Part shown: piece after piece, positions 8,947 to 18,976 of the stretch
How positions within the stretch are numbered: position 1 is the stretch's first letter
Layout: each line of letters opens with the position of its first letter
Notes under the pieces: model-generated
Database searches by the model: none
Seen by the model: only the letters and a program-made list of their open reading frames with translations
Told to the model about the DNA's origin: nothing
Translations under genes and position numbers: made by a program
Source of the DNA: Candidatus Eiseniibacteriota bacterium
GTDB taxonomy: Bacteria > Eisenbacteria > RBG-16-71-46
DNA length: 64,000 nt
Assembly: GCA_963717935.1 (NCBI GenBank)
Contig: CAVQXP010000004.1
Coordinates: 1,024,001-1,088,000 of the forward strand
Direction: 5' to 3'

Positions 8947-9759
8947 ATGACCGACCCCGATGCGGCGCAGCGTGCGCGCGAGTGGCTCGAACGGCAGTTG
9001 GCCGAGTTGGGTCAGCTACGCAACGCAACGCGGCGCGACCCGAACTTCAAGACGTGGCGGCAGCAGACCCTTACGGTGATCCAGCGCGTCTGGCCTGGCG
9101 AGGCACGCCGGGTGGACCGCTTCCGCCGGATCCCGTTCACTCCGCCGACCCCGCACGCCACGGCCGCCCAGGCGCGCGACGGCTACGAGCGCGGCTGGGG
9201 CGAGGCCGGCGTGCTGCTGCGCGAGTTCCTCGCCGAGATCAACGTGCTCGGTCTGCCGCAGGTCCGGGCGGCCGGGACGTACGCGGGCTCGGAGACCGAG
9301 GCGGCGATGGGCTCGATGCCGACACTGCACGGTCAGGATGCGCCGTGGCCGAGGGTGGCGACAGCGCTGGCGGACGCGGGTGAGCCCGCCGCCCTGCAGC
9401 CGAAGGACGACGGGTTCGGAGACGACATCGGACGTGCCATGGACCGGCTGCTGAGCCGCTCGCCCGTCTTCCGCGCCTCGACCTCCATCCCGCGGCCTGC
9501 GCCCGCGGATGCGGCTCCCGAGCCGGGCTCCCCGGCGGCGGAACTGACGCGGCTCGCGGACGAATTGGAGACGCTGGGGCTCTCCCCGACGCGCGCCGGT
9601 TCGGCGCGGGCGGCGCTGCTCGCGCTGGCGCGGGCGGCGCAGTCGGAGGCGCCACCCTGGGAACTGGTGGGCGAAGTGCTGGGGCACGCCGGCGCCACGC
9701 CGGCGCTCGCGCGGCGCGTCCTGCCCCTGCTGCTCGAGTTCATCGCGACGGCAGCCTAG
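8947..9759 (+). CDS. Hypothetical protein
   Basis: GGAGGA RBS, ATG 8947, coding-like codon usage; helical N- and C-terminal domains joined by a Pro/Ala linker. Confidence 0.75.
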   Translation: MTDPDAAQRAREWLERQLAELGQLRNATRRDPNFKTWRQQTLTVIQRVWPGEARRVDRFRRIPFTPPTPHATAAQARDGYERGWGEAGVLLREFLAEINVLGLPQVRAAGTYAGSETEAAMGSMPTLHGQDAPWPRVATALADAGEPAALQPKDDGFGDDIGRAMDRLLSRSPVFRASTSIPRPAPADAAPEPGSPAAELTRLADELETLGLSPTRAGSARAALLALARAAQSEAPPWELVGEVLGHAGATPALARRVLPLLLEFIATAA

Positions 9760-9838
9760 GCCGGCCCTCGCCCGGGAACGGGCCTCGTCACGCGCGCACC
9801 CTGTGCTATCCTGCGGCTCCTCAGGGGCCCCGCACGAG

Positions 9839-10205
9839 ATGAAACCCGATCGCCATACCATCAAGTCGCAGGAAGCGCCGGAGCTTGCCCAACGGCTCGC
9901 TCGCGACCGCAACCACCAGGAACTGCACCCCGGGCACCTGCTCGCCGCCCTCCTGCAGGAGCCCGGGGGCACGGTCGCCGCGGTGCTCGAGAAGCTCGGC
10001 GTACAGCGCCAGCGACTGCTCGACCAGACCGTCGAGGCGCTCGATCGCCTCCCCGGGTGCAGGGCGGAACGAAGTACGTGGGCGAGAGCCTGCGCCTCGT
10101 GCTCGAGGCCGCCGAGCAGACGGCAGACCGGCTCAAGGACGACTACGTCAGCGTCGAGCACCTGCTCATGGCGCTTGCGGGCAGCAGGGGAGACGCGGAG
10201 TTTCG
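9839..10205 (+). pseudogene. clpB: clpB N-terminal (Clp repeat) fragment, frameshifted and truncated
   Basis: MKPDRHTIKSQEAPELAQRLARDRNHQELHPGHLLAALL...LDRLP, then a frameshift near 10055 into VQGGTKYVGESLRLVLEAAEQTADRLKDDYVSVEHLLMALAG. No AAA domain follows. Extended -10 TGcTATCCT at 9804-9812. Confidence 0.85.
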
Positions 10206-10418
10206 GGGGTCATTCCCACCTCGAGATGACCCTGACTCGGAATCCCTTTGACCGCGAGGACGGCTTCATGCTCCACTGGACAGGTTCATCCAAGACTCCT
10301 CCCGGCACGGGTTGACGGGCTCCGACACCACCCGGTTCGAGCGGCAGGCCTCCGGACGACCCGCCACCCTGCGCCCACGGTTTCCCGGGTCTCCACATCG
10401 AGCGGTGCGCGGACCTTC

Positions 10419-11669
10419 ATGAAGACCATCCTCTTCGTCGATGACAGCCCGGCCGCGTCGTATGGCGGATCGAAGCGCGTCCTGGTGGACGTCGTCACCC
10501 GTCTCGATCGTTCCGTCTGGCGCCCGCACGCCGCCTTCCGCACGGACGGGCCGTACCGGGCCGACCTCGAGGCGGCGGGTGTTCCCACCCTCGTCTATGG
10601 CCCGACGGCGCCACGCTCCGCATCACGCCCGCGCCCCGCCGGGATCCACCGGCTCGGGCTCGACACCACCTCCGAGGGGACGGTGCGCCGGAGCGCCCTG
10701 CGCCGCCTCCTGTGGAACGGGCGAACGGCCTTCCACTATGCGTGGCGGGACCGCCTCGTGGCGCGGGGACTGTGTGCCGCGCTCCCCCGTGGCATTTCCC
10801 TGGTGCATTACAACTCCCGCATGGTGGACGGCTATGAATGGGCGCACGTGGCGCGGTCTCTCGGCGCCGCGCTGGTGATCCATGATCACGAGGTGTGGCG
10901 GGAGCCGACGCTCGCGTATCGTCTCGTGGCTCGCCAGGCCGCGTGTCTCGTCTGCCTGACCGGGGAGCGCGCGGCTCTGGTGCGCGAGTTCTGCGGGGAC
11001 TCGGTCCGGACGGCGGTGGTTCCCAACGGCATCGACCTGGAGGCCATGGCGGCCGGGCGCCAGCCGGAGAGAGTCGCGGCGCTGAAGGCGGAGCTGCGGG
11101 GCCGCCCACTCCTCGTCACGGCGGCGCACTACCAGCCCTGGAAGGGGCAACTCCCGGCACTCGACGCGGCGGCCCGGCTGGTCGCCGGAGGCCACTCGTT
11201 CCTCTGGAGGTTCTGCGGGCACCCGACGGACCCGGCGTACTTCGAGGCCGTCCGGGCCAGGGCCGAATCCCTTGGCCTCCAGGACCACGTCGTCGTCGAT
11301 TCACAGCGGGACGACGTGCCGGCGCTGCTCGAGGTCGCCGACCTGGCGGTGCACACCGCGATCGAGCCGGAACCGTTCAGTCTCTTCATCCTCGAGGCGA
11401 TGGCCTTTGGCGTGCCGATCGTCGCGGCACGCGCCGGCGGGCACACGGAGGTCGTCCGCCAGGGCGTGGAGGGACTCCTCTACACGCCGCGCGATGCCAC
11501 CGCGCTGGCGGAGGCGGTCGCTGCGCTGCTCGCGGACCCCGCGCTCGGCCGGAGATTCGGCACCGCGGGCCTGGAGCGTGTCCGCGACGCCTACACCATC
11601 GCCACCCAGGTGGAGCGCCTCGAGGCGATCTACCGGGAGGCCGTCCTCAGACCAGCGCCCCGGGCCTGA
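10419..11669 (+). CDS. Glycosyltransferase family 4 (GT-B)
   Basis: ILFVDD...YGGS start, VVPNGID, WKGQ, EPFSLFILEAMAFGVPIVAARAGGHTEVV. Confidence 0.92.
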   Translation: MKTILFVDDSPAASYGGSKRVLVDVVTRLDRSVWRPHAAFRTDGPYRADLEAAGVPTLVYGPTAPRSASRPRPAGIHRLGLDTTSEGTVRRSALRRLLWNGRTAFHYAWRDRLVARGLCAALPRGISLVHYNSRMVDGYEWAHVARSLGAALVIHDHEVWREPTLAYRLVARQAACLVCLTGERAALVREFCGDSVRTAVVPNGIDLEAMAAGRQPERVAALKAELRGRPLLVTAAHYQPWKGQLPALDAAARLVAGGHSFLWRFCGHPTDPAYFEAVRARAESLGLQDHVVVDSQRDDVPALLEVADLAVHTAIEPEPFSLFILEAMAFGVPIVAARAGGHTEVVRQGVEGLLYTPRDATALAEAVAALLADPALGRRFGTAGLERVRDAYTIATQVERLEAIYREAVLRPAPRA

Positions 11670-11739
11670 GCGAAGCCGGCCCGCGAGGCTGCCGCGCCCG
11701 GCTGGTCCCGCGAGGACCGCCAGTGTCCTTCCGGCCCCC

Positions 11740-12723
11740 TCAGTCCCGGGACGGCGGCGCTTCGCCGTCCGGCTTCGGCGGCGGCGGCCCCCCGCGCCCC
11801 CTCACGGACCCGAAGAGGCGCTTGCCGGCCGCCCGCAGGATCCTCGCCGGGGCGAAGTCGTAGCGGAGGCTGGTGAACAGGCAACGAAGTGCCGCGCGCC
11901 GATCGTGGTGACGGTCGAGATGGTCCCGGCCCAGGGCCCACATGCGACGGGCGTAGATCCGGCGGTAGAGGGGGTTCCCCGTGTCGGCCAGCGGTCGATG
12001 ATGGTGCTCGAACAACTGCTCGTACGCGTTCAACAGCCGGGCGAGGTCGGACGTGATGCTTCCCCCGGTCTTGATGTACCGGTACAGGGGGCCCGGAGCA
12101 TAGGCGGCGATCACACCGGCACGGAGCATCCGGATGCCGAGTTCCCAGTCCTCGTAACAACGGAACGCGGGATCGTAGCCGCCGATCCGGAGCAGCATCT
12201 CGCGCTTCAGCAGCATCGTCCGCTCGACGAAGTTGCGCTCGAGCATGGCGGGGAGCCAGTCGGAAGCCGGGCCCTTCGGGGGAGTGCTCGCGAAGACCTG
12301 ACCACCGTCGGCGCCCACCCGCACGATGTCGGTGATGCACCACTCTGCCCCGGGCGTGCGCTCGATAGCGGCCAACGAGCACTCCAGCGCGAGCGGATCG
12401 AGCGCGTCATCCGCGTCGAGGGGGACGATCCACTCCCCGCGAGCGTGTCGGATCGCGGTGTTCCGCGCACCGGAGACGCCTGCGTTGCGCTGCCGGATGG
12501 CGGCGGAGAGCCTCCCCTCGGCCAGGAGCCGCTCGAGCGCCTGCGGTGTCCCGTCCGTGGAGCCGTCGTCCACGGCGATCACCTCCAGCGCCGGGAGGGT
12601 CTGGGCCTCGACGGAGCGGACCGCGCGCTCGAGCGCGTCCGCGCAGTTGTAGGCCGGGAGGCACACGGTGATCGAGCCTCGCGCGGGCGGACCGGAGGCG
12701 TGCCCCGGTGCGTGGTCGTTCAT
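11740..12723 (-). CDS. Glycosyltransferase family 2
   Basis: VCLPAYN, VDDGSTDGT, NAGVSGARN, LDADD, YEDWEL; ATGA overlap with the flippase stop. Confidence 0.92.
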   Translation of the reverse strand: MNDHAPGHASGPPARGSITVCLPAYNCADALERAVRSVEAQTLPALEVIAVDDGSTDGTPQALERLLAEGRLSAAIRQRNAGVSGARNTAIRHARGEWIVPLDADDALDPLALECSLAAIERTPGAEWCITDIVRVGADGGQVFASTPPKGPASDWLPAMLERNFVERTMLLKREMLLRIGGYDPAFRCYEDWELGIRMLRAGVIAAYAPGPLYRYIKTGGSITSDLARLLNAYEQLFEHHHRPLADTGNPLYRRIYARRMWALGRDHLDRHHDRRAALRCLFTSLRYDFAPARILRAAGKRLFGSVRGRGGPPPPKPDGEAPPSRD

Positions 12724-14288
12724 GGCAGCCTCGTGCGATCCCGCCCCGCTCCGACGAGCGGAAGCACGGCCCACAGGCGACGGATCTCCGCGGCGCCCAG
12801 CGAGAGGTACACCGAGCCCGCGAGCGCGAGCATCCCGCCCAGCATGCCGGCGATCAGGACGCTGGCGAGGCTGCCCTGGTAGACGGGCCGCAGCAGCCAG
12901 AGCAGCGCCAGCCCGGGCGCCGCCCCGAGCACGGCCCTCGGCATCGTCCGATAGACCTCCCCGGGCGAGGGGAAGGCCGGATCCAGCCGCCGCGCGAGGA
13001 TGACCATGACCAGATTCTTGCTGACCAGGGCGAAGCTGTTGCCGAGGGCGAACCCGAGGATGCCGAGCCCGAATCCCAGTGCGAGGATCAGACTCACGGC
13101 GACGTTGCAGACCGCCACGCTGATGTCCGCGGTCGCCACCCATCCGATCCGGCCGCGGGCCGTCAAGGCCATGAACACCGGGCTCAGCGCGCCCTCCACG
13201 ACCGCGGGCGCGAGCATGGCGATGAGGTACATCGGCGAGTCCGGATAGTCGGGTCCGACCCATCGCAGCAGGAACAGGTCGCCGCAGATGCAGGGCGTGA
13301 AGCAGGCGGGCACGGAGATGGCGGTCATCACCGCGATCGTGCGCAGCAGCGCGCTCCGGCTGCGCACGGCCTGCCCCTGGGCCTCGAGCATCGTGAAGAG
13401 GGGGGTGAGCCCCGAGGTCAGGGCGAAGATCAACCCCAGCACGATCGGCGTCCAGCGTGCCCCCAGCGAATAGTGCGTGATGGCCGCCGGCCCGTAGAGC
13501 CGCCCGATGAAGAGGTTGTCCGCCGCGACGTAGAGCAGGATCGCGATCTGCGAGATCAGCGCGAAGCCTCCATAGCGAAAGAGGTCCCGGCGGATCCCGG
13601 GCCCGCCAAGCTGGAAGGCCGGGAGGACGGGCCCCACCGTTCCCCTGCGCTGGGCGAGCACGGCCACCGTCAGCATCCCCACCAGCTCGATCACGACCAT
13701 GGCCCCGCCGTAGACCGGCAGGTGCGGACCGAAGAGCGTGAAGGCCGCGAGCACGATCACCAGGCGCACCCAGCCCTGGACGAGCTGGACACGCGAGACC
13801 GTGGCCAGGCGGCCGGTGACGTAGATGGGGACGGCGAGCACGATGGCGAGGTCCGTGATGACGGCGGCGACGATCTGGAGCCCCACGCCGAAGGCAGCCT
13901 CCGGCCGCACCGCCTGGTCGAGATGGAGGAACGCCGTGATCGGCCAGGCCAGCGCCAGTCCGACCAGGAGCACGACGGACCGGAGGATCGCGGTGAGCCA
14001 GAAGCCCGACGCGTAGTACTGGCGTGCCCGCTCGTGCTCGCCGGCGTGATGGTTCAGCGTGACGTAGCGTTGCATCGCGGCGCCGACCCCGCCGCGCAGC
14101 AACGAGAGATAGTCGTACAGCGAGCCGACCACGACGACCAGGCCGTAGAGCTGCGCCTTGAGGTTCGAGAGGATGAACGGTGTCAGGATGAGCCCGACGA
14201 CCAGCGTGGACACGCGCGCCGCCACCGCCATGACGGCGTTGCGGGACGCGTGCGATGCGAGGTCACGGGACGGGGCTGTCGAACTCAT
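12720..14288 (-). CDS. Polysaccharide flippase (Wzx/MOP superfamily)
   Basis: Many TM helices, motifs TPFILSNLKAQLYG and ADNLFIGRLYGPAAITHYSLG; adjacent to glycosyltransferases. Confidence 0.85.
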   Translation of the reverse strand: MSSTAPSRDLASHASRNAVMAVAARVSTLVVGLILTPFILSNLKAQLYGLVVVVGSLYDYLSLLRGGVGAAMQRYVTLNHHAGEHERARQYYASGFWLTAILRSVVLLVGLALAWPITAFLHLDQAVRPEAAFGVGLQIVAAVITDLAIVLAVPIYVTGRLATVSRVQLVQGWVRLVIVLAAFTLFGPHLPVYGGAMVVIELVGMLTVAVLAQRRGTVGPVLPAFQLGGPGIRRDLFRYGGFALISQIAILLYVAADNLFIGRLYGPAAITHYSLGARWTPIVLGLIFALTSGLTPLFTMLEAQGQAVRSRSALLRTIAVMTAISVPACFTPCICGDLFLLRWVGPDYPDSPMYLIAMLAPAVVEGALSPVFMALTARGRIGWVATADISVAVCNVAVSLILALGFGLGILGFALGNSFALVSKNLVMVILARRLDPAFPSPGEVYRTMPRAVLGAAPGLALLWLLRPVYQGSLASVLIAGMLGGMLALAGSVYLSLGAAEIRRLWAVLPLVGAGRDRTRLP

Positions 14289-14608
14289 CGTGCCCCTGCG
14301 GGGCGGGCCGCCCGGAGACCGGATCGCTCGCGCGATCGGCGGGCGGGTCCGCCGCGGCATCGCCACGGGGTCGGCTTCGGTCCATTCGGGGAGGTCATGC
14401 CGTGGTCTCGCGATCGCGTCCGTGGTGGGGCCGGGTCCGCGCCACCGGAGGACTGCGCCACGCGCGCTGCGGTCGCCCCGGGCGGGACCCTCTCGGCCGG
14501 GCGCGGCGTCCACCGGTGACTCGAGTGATGGCGGAGAGGAAACCCGACCTGCATGCGCGTGTCAACGGTCCGGTGACCCGGCGCCCCGCGGGTTCGGTCA
14601 TCCGCCGG

Positions 14609-15940
14609 TCACTCCCCGAGGTCCGCGGCCTTCACCCAGTCGCGGTGCTTGCCGCGGCCGCGCCGCTCGAAGCGGGGCACCACACGCACCTCGACCTGCA
14701 AGCCCAGCCCGCGCGAGACCTCGTAGCGGATCTCCCGTGCCACCGCGTCGCTCCAACCCTCGCCCGCGGTCACGCGCAGCTCGAGACGCCCGCCGGGGAA
14801 CTCGACGAACTGGTACTCGCGCACCTTCCCCGACTTGGCGTGGTGGCGGAAGATGTAGTAGGGGAGTAGCCCGCTCACGACGCGGCCATCGGGCAGCGTG
14901 ATGGCCGCGCCCGCCCGGCCCTGGAGCACGCCCAGCCGTGGCAGCGCGCGCCCGCACGGACACGGGTCGGGCGCGGGCCCCACGAGATCGCCGATCCGGT
15001 AGCGGATCAGTGGCTGGACCCGGTTGTGCAGGTCGGTGAGCAGGATCTCGAACAGGCCCACGCCCACCGGCTCCAGGTCCACCACCACGGACTCGACCGG
15101 CACGTGCATGCCGCCGGCCTCGCACTCGAAGCCCGCCACGCCCGCCTCGGCGCAGCCGTAGGAGTCCACCACGCGGCAGCCGTAGGTCTCGCCCAACCGC
15201 TCGCGCTGGTGCGGTCGCAGCATCTCGGCGGTGGTGATGACCGCGCGCCAGCCGAGCGCGCGCCCGTCCAGGCCCTGCGCGCGGGCCAGCTCCGTGAACT
15301 GCATGACCGCCGAGGGGTAGCCGAAGCCGAAGCGCGCCGGGTGGCGCCGGAGGTCGTCGTAGAAGGCCCGCGCCCGCGCCGGGTCGGTCTCGAAGGCCGA
15401 GAAGCGCCGGCGGTTGAAGAAGCCGTCGCGCAGGCCCGCCTGCCGGCGGCCCGCCCGGTCGAGCGCGAGCCCCCAGAAGTAGGCGTAGGGGTCACCGACA
15501 TCGAGCCCGTGCCAGCGCCAGCCGCGGAAGACGTTGGCGTGGGCGTGCGCCCACGAGAGGTGACCGCGAAGGACCGCGACCGGCGTGCCGGACGAGCCCG
15601 AAGTGGTGGCCTTCACGCTGCCACGGGGAGCGTGCGTCGAGAGCAGGGCCCCCGGGTGCTCCTGCACGTCGCGTTTCTCGAGCGGCGGGATCCGGGCCCA
15701 GTCCGCGGGGTCGCGCAGATCGTCCGGTGAGAAGCCGAGCTTCGACCAGCGCTCCCGGTAGAAGGAGACGGTCTCGAAGGCGTGCCGCGCCAGCGCGCGC
15801 TGGCGCTCCCACTGGAGCGCCAGCAACCGCTCGAGCGGCCAGCCCTGGCTCGCCTCCAGCTCCCGCAGCACCGCCACGACCGGCTCGCCGCGCCACTGCT
15901 GGGCGCCAAGGTAGAGCCGGCGGGCCAGACCAGCGTTCAT
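14609..15940 (-). CDS. CapK / phenylacetate-CoA ligase family adenylate-forming enzyme
   Basis: TTSGSSGTP, DSYGCAEAG, TDLHNRVQPLIRYRIGD, CPCGRALP, GK near the C-terminus. Confidence 0.9.
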   Translation of the reverse strand: MNAGLARRLYLGAQQWRGEPVVAVLRELEASQGWPLERLLALQWERQRALARHAFETVSFYRERWSKLGFSPDDLRDPADWARIPPLEKRDVQEHPGALLSTHAPRGSVKATTSGSSGTPVAVLRGHLSWAHAHANVFRGWRWHGLDVGDPYAYFWGLALDRAGRRQAGLRDGFFNRRRFSAFETDPARARAFYDDLRRHPARFGFGYPSAVMQFTELARAQGLDGRALGWRAVITTAEMLRPHQRERLGETYGCRVVDSYGCAEAGVAGFECEAGGMHVPVESVVVDLEPVGVGLFEILLTDLHNRVQPLIRYRIGDLVGPAPDPCPCGRALPRLGVLQGRAGAAITLPDGRVVSGLLPYYIFRHHAKSGKVREYQFVEFPGGRLELRVTAGEGWSDAVAREIRYEVSRGLGLQVEVRVVPRFERRGRGKHRDWVKAADLGE

Positions 15941-15998
15941 CGGGGCCTCCTCCCTGAGTCTCTCCGCCAGGTCCCACGGGCCCGGACGGGCACTCCCC

Positions 15999-17315
15999 TC
16001 ACACGGCGCTGCGCTGCGGCGTGTAGAAGACCACCTTGTTCTTGGGCGGGCGCTTGGCCCGCAGCAGTGCCTGGTTGGCGGCGCGCCACAGGTCCTCGCC
16101 GCTCGTCGCGTGGTCCGGGAACAGCGCCACGCCCACGCTCATCGTCACGCCCACCGTGTGCCGCCTGCGGTCGAGTCCCTCGACCTCGACGCCGAGGCGC
16201 TCCACGACCGAGCGCAGGCGCTCCGAGACCGTCACCACGTCGTGGGCGTGCACCGGCGAGGTGAGCAGGATGGCGAACTCCTCGCCGCCCCAGCGCGCCA
16301 CCGTGTCGAACGGACGCACGCCGCGGCTCAATGACTGCGCCACCTGCACCAGCACGTGGTCGCCCGCCCCGTAGCCGAAGGCGGTGTTGAACGACTTGAA
16401 GTCGTCGATGTCCGCGATGCACAACGCCATCGAGTTGCGCTCGCGCTGGGCGCGCGCCATCTCGTTGCGCAGCTGCAGATCGAAGTACGAGCGGTTGTAG
16501 ACCGTGGTGAGGGGGTCGATGAAGATCAGCTTCTCGATCCGGGTGGCGCGCTCCAGCACGCCTGCGCAGGAGTCGGCGAGCAGGGCCACCAGGGCCAGCG
16601 CGTCGGGGGGGAAGCGCTCGGGCTCGCGCGACAACACCTCGATCAGCCCCATCGGCCGGCCCTCGCTCGAGGCGGCAGCGGCGATCACGACCGAGCGGAT
16701 CCGGCGCCGTCGGCCCTCGACCGCGAGCGCGGGACAGTGCTCCGTGTCGGGGCAGTAGAGCAGCACGTCGGGCCGCTCGCGCGCCTCGGCGGCGAGCGCG
16801 GAGGAGAGCGGCTCGGGGCCCGTGGCCTCGTCGCCGGGCGGGATGAAGCGGACCTCGCTGGCGCCCAGCAGCTCGCGACCCGCGTGGTCGAGCTGCTCGA
16901 TCAGCCCGCCGCGCGCCTCGCCGGAGCGCGGGTCGGAGGCGAGCATGGCCTCGTCGAGCCGCAGCAGCCGGCGCACCTGATCGAGCCCGGCCTGGGCCTG
17001 GCTCGGCAGGCTCGAGCGCGGCACCACCAGCAACCCCGAGCGCTCTAGCGGGCCCGGCAGTTCGAGCGTGATGACTCCGAGGGCGTCGCGGGTCTGCCAG
17101 CGCAGGGTGCGCTTGCCGTTCTCGGCCACGGGCACGCGCCGCACCGCGCCGGTCCCCTCCAGGCGCGCGAGCGCATAGAGGGCGGCCTCTTCCAGCTTGG
17201 CGGAAACGCCGGTCTGCAGCGCGCGCTGGACGAGCCGGCGGTCGGTGGGAGGCAATTCGTCCAGCGGGAGCAACCGTTCGATCAGTTCCCGGAAGTCGAT
17301 CGCCTTCTGTCGCAT
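15999..17315 (-). CDS. GAF-GGDEF diguanylate cyclase
   Basis: DPLTTVYNR, DIDDFKSFN, RxxD I-site (RPFD) and intact GGEEF; GAF-like region upstream. Confidence 0.92.
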   Translation of the reverse strand: MRQKAIDFRELIERLLPLDELPPTDRRLVQRALQTGVSAKLEEAALYALARLEGTGAVRRVPVAENGKRTLRWQTRDALGVITLELPGPLERSGLLVVPRSSLPSQAQAGLDQVRRLLRLDEAMLASDPRSGEARGGLIEQLDHAGRELLGASEVRFIPPGDEATGPEPLSSALAAEARERPDVLLYCPDTEHCPALAVEGRRRRIRSVVIAAAASSEGRPMGLIEVLSREPERFPPDALALVALLADSCAGVLERATRIEKLIFIDPLTTVYNRSYFDLQLRNEMARAQRERNSMALCIADIDDFKSFNTAFGYGAGDHVLVQVAQSLSRGVRPFDTVARWGGEEFAILLTSPVHAHDVVTVSERLRSVVERLGVEVEGLDRRRHTVGVTMSVGVALFPDHATSGEDLWRAANQALLRAKRPPKNKVVFYTPQRSAV

Positions 17316-17427
17316 GGGGCGTCCTTGCCTCGGTTCCGATGCCATCGGGCGCGGTCCTCCGGACCCATTGACGAGAAGCAATCCCACGAGGTGCTGGGCC
17401 CGCAGATCCCGATGCGGAGCGACACTA

Positions 17428-17436
17428 ATGTTAGCA
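17428..17436 (-). promoter_or_regulatory. Extended -10 promoter for the diguanylate cyclase
   Basis: TG-c-TAACAT on the minus strand, within a locally AT-rich patch. Confidence 0.4.
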
Positions 17437-17556
17437 CAGCCCCGCGGCCCGGGGCCGGAGCCGATGACCGGCGCGGGGCGTCCCGGGGCGCCCGCGGGGC
17501 CGTTCGCCGGGCCGCGACTGGGGCATCTGGCCCACGCGGGGCCCGCTACGGCGGGG

Positions 17557-17667
17557 CTAGCGGAAGAGGGTGAAGCGCAGGACCACCAGCAGGAAGAGCA
17601 GGACCAGGTAGAACTGGACGAAGTACAGGGCGAAGCGCTTGGTCCTGGTCATCTTCACCGGGGGCAT
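17557..17667 (-). CDS. 36-aa single-TM small membrane protein
   Basis: MPPVKMTRTKRFALYFVQFYLVLLFLLVVLRFTLFR*; GAGG RBS overlapping the upstream stop; nearly all third codon positions are G/C. Below the ORF-track length cutoff. Confidence 0.75.
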   Translation of the reverse strand: MPPVKMTRTKRFALYFVQFYLVLLFLLVVLRFTLFR

Positions 17668-17674
17668 GGCCGCC

Positions 17675-18964
17675 TCACGTCCTCACCTTGGTCACGACGC
17701 CCTTCATGACCTCGTTGTAGCGCACGACGCCGAGCAGGCGGTCGCGGTGGTCCACGACCGGCAGCAGCCGGTAGTGGTATTTCGCGAACAACTCCTGCAG
17801 GTCGTCCCGCAGATCCTCGGCCTCTGCGCTCACGACCGGGGAGATCATGATGTCGCCCACGAGCGCGTCGTCCTGCGCCAGCACCAGGTCGCGCAGGTCC
17901 ACCACGCCCTCCAGCACGCGCTCCTCGCCCTCGACCACGTAGACGTACGAGATGCTGCCGGCCTCGCGGCCGGAGCGGCGGATGTCACCCAGCACCTCGC
18001 CCACGCGGCTCTCCCTGCCGACCGCGAGGACGTCCGGCGTCATCAGCGAGTGGGCCGTGACCTCGCGCTCCGAGAGGATGGCATGCAGCCGTCGCGCGGT
18101 CTCGGCGGGCAGCATCTTCGTGAGCTCGGTCACGTGGGCATGGGGCAACACGGTGAAGAGGTCGGCGAGCTGGGCCACGTTCATCTCCGAGAGCACGGCT
18201 CGCGCCCGCTCCTCGCGCATGTCGGCGATGATCTGGCGCTGCGCGCGCGGCTCGGCCTCGAGCAGCGCCTCGGCCGCGGTCTCCGAGTCGAGCGCCGAGA
18301 ACAGCGCCTCCTGCTCCTTGCCGGAGAGCTCCTCGAGCGCGTCGGCCAGATCCTCGGGCGGCAGGTCCACGAGCTGCTTGCGCGTCACCGAGAGCAGCAC
18401 CTTGTCGGTGGTGACCGCGTCCTCGACGTTGAGCGGCTGGACGTACTTCCAGGTGATCAGGTTCTCCTTGAAGAGCTGGAGCCACCCGAGGTGCCAGCGC
18501 CGCAGGAAGCCGTTGAAGGAGGTGTCCACGTGGACGACGGCCAGGCGGCCGCGGCTCTCCAGCAGCTGCACGTCGTTGACGGCCTCGACGCGCCGGCCGT
18601 CGATGTCGAGGATGGTGCGCCCGACCAGGTGGTTCTCGAGCAGCATCCAGCCCGGCTGGTCCACGAACGGGGGATAGGCCTCGCCCTCCTCGGGCGGCTG
18701 CACGAAGATGGCGTCGTCCTCGATGCGCAGCACTCGCTTCCAGGGCACGAACTCGTTGGGCTTGCCCCAGCCGTGCTCGAGGTAGATCCCGACCGCCTCG
18801 GGATAGGGCTCGTTGAGCGAGAAGACCAGGTCGTCCACCTTGCCGATGCGGTCGTGGATCTTGCCCTTGCAGACCGGGCGGTGGATCAGCTGCGAGAAAT
18901 AGAGGAACCGGAACTCGCCCGGCAGCTCGAGGTTCTTCAGGCTCTTCTGGTTCGTCGCTGCCAT
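17675..18964 (-). CDS. MgtE cytosolic-domain protein (PRC-barrel-like + MgtE N + CBS pair, no TM domain)
   Basis: LPPEDLADALEEL (MgtE N), ISYVYVV and YHYRLLPVVD (CBS); stops right after the CBS pair. Confidence 0.85.
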   Translation of the reverse strand: MAATNQKSLKNLELPGEFRFLYFSQLIHRPVCKGKIHDRIGKVDDLVFSLNEPYPEAVGIYLEHGWGKPNEFVPWKRVLRIEDDAIFVQPPEEGEAYPPFVDQPGWMLLENHLVGRTILDIDGRRVEAVNDVQLLESRGRLAVVHVDTSFNGFLRRWHLGWLQLFKENLITWKYVQPLNVEDAVTTDKVLLSVTRKQLVDLPPEDLADALEELSGKEQEALFSALDSETAAEALLEAEPRAQRQIIADMREERARAVLSEMNVAQLADLFTVLPHAHVTELTKMLPAETARRLHAILSEREVTAHSLMTPDVLAVGRESRVGEVLGDIRRSGREAGSISYVYVVEGEERVLEGVVDLRDLVLAQDDALVGDIMISPVVSAEAEDLRDDLQELFAKYHYRLLPVVDHRDRLLGVVRYNEVMKGVVTKVRT

Positions 18965-18976
18965 GGACGTCTCTCG

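Noticed and set aside
17431..17440. CIRCE (HrcA) half-site TTAGCAC
   Set aside because: The second half GAGTGCTAA is absent; better read as an extended -10 on the minus strand.
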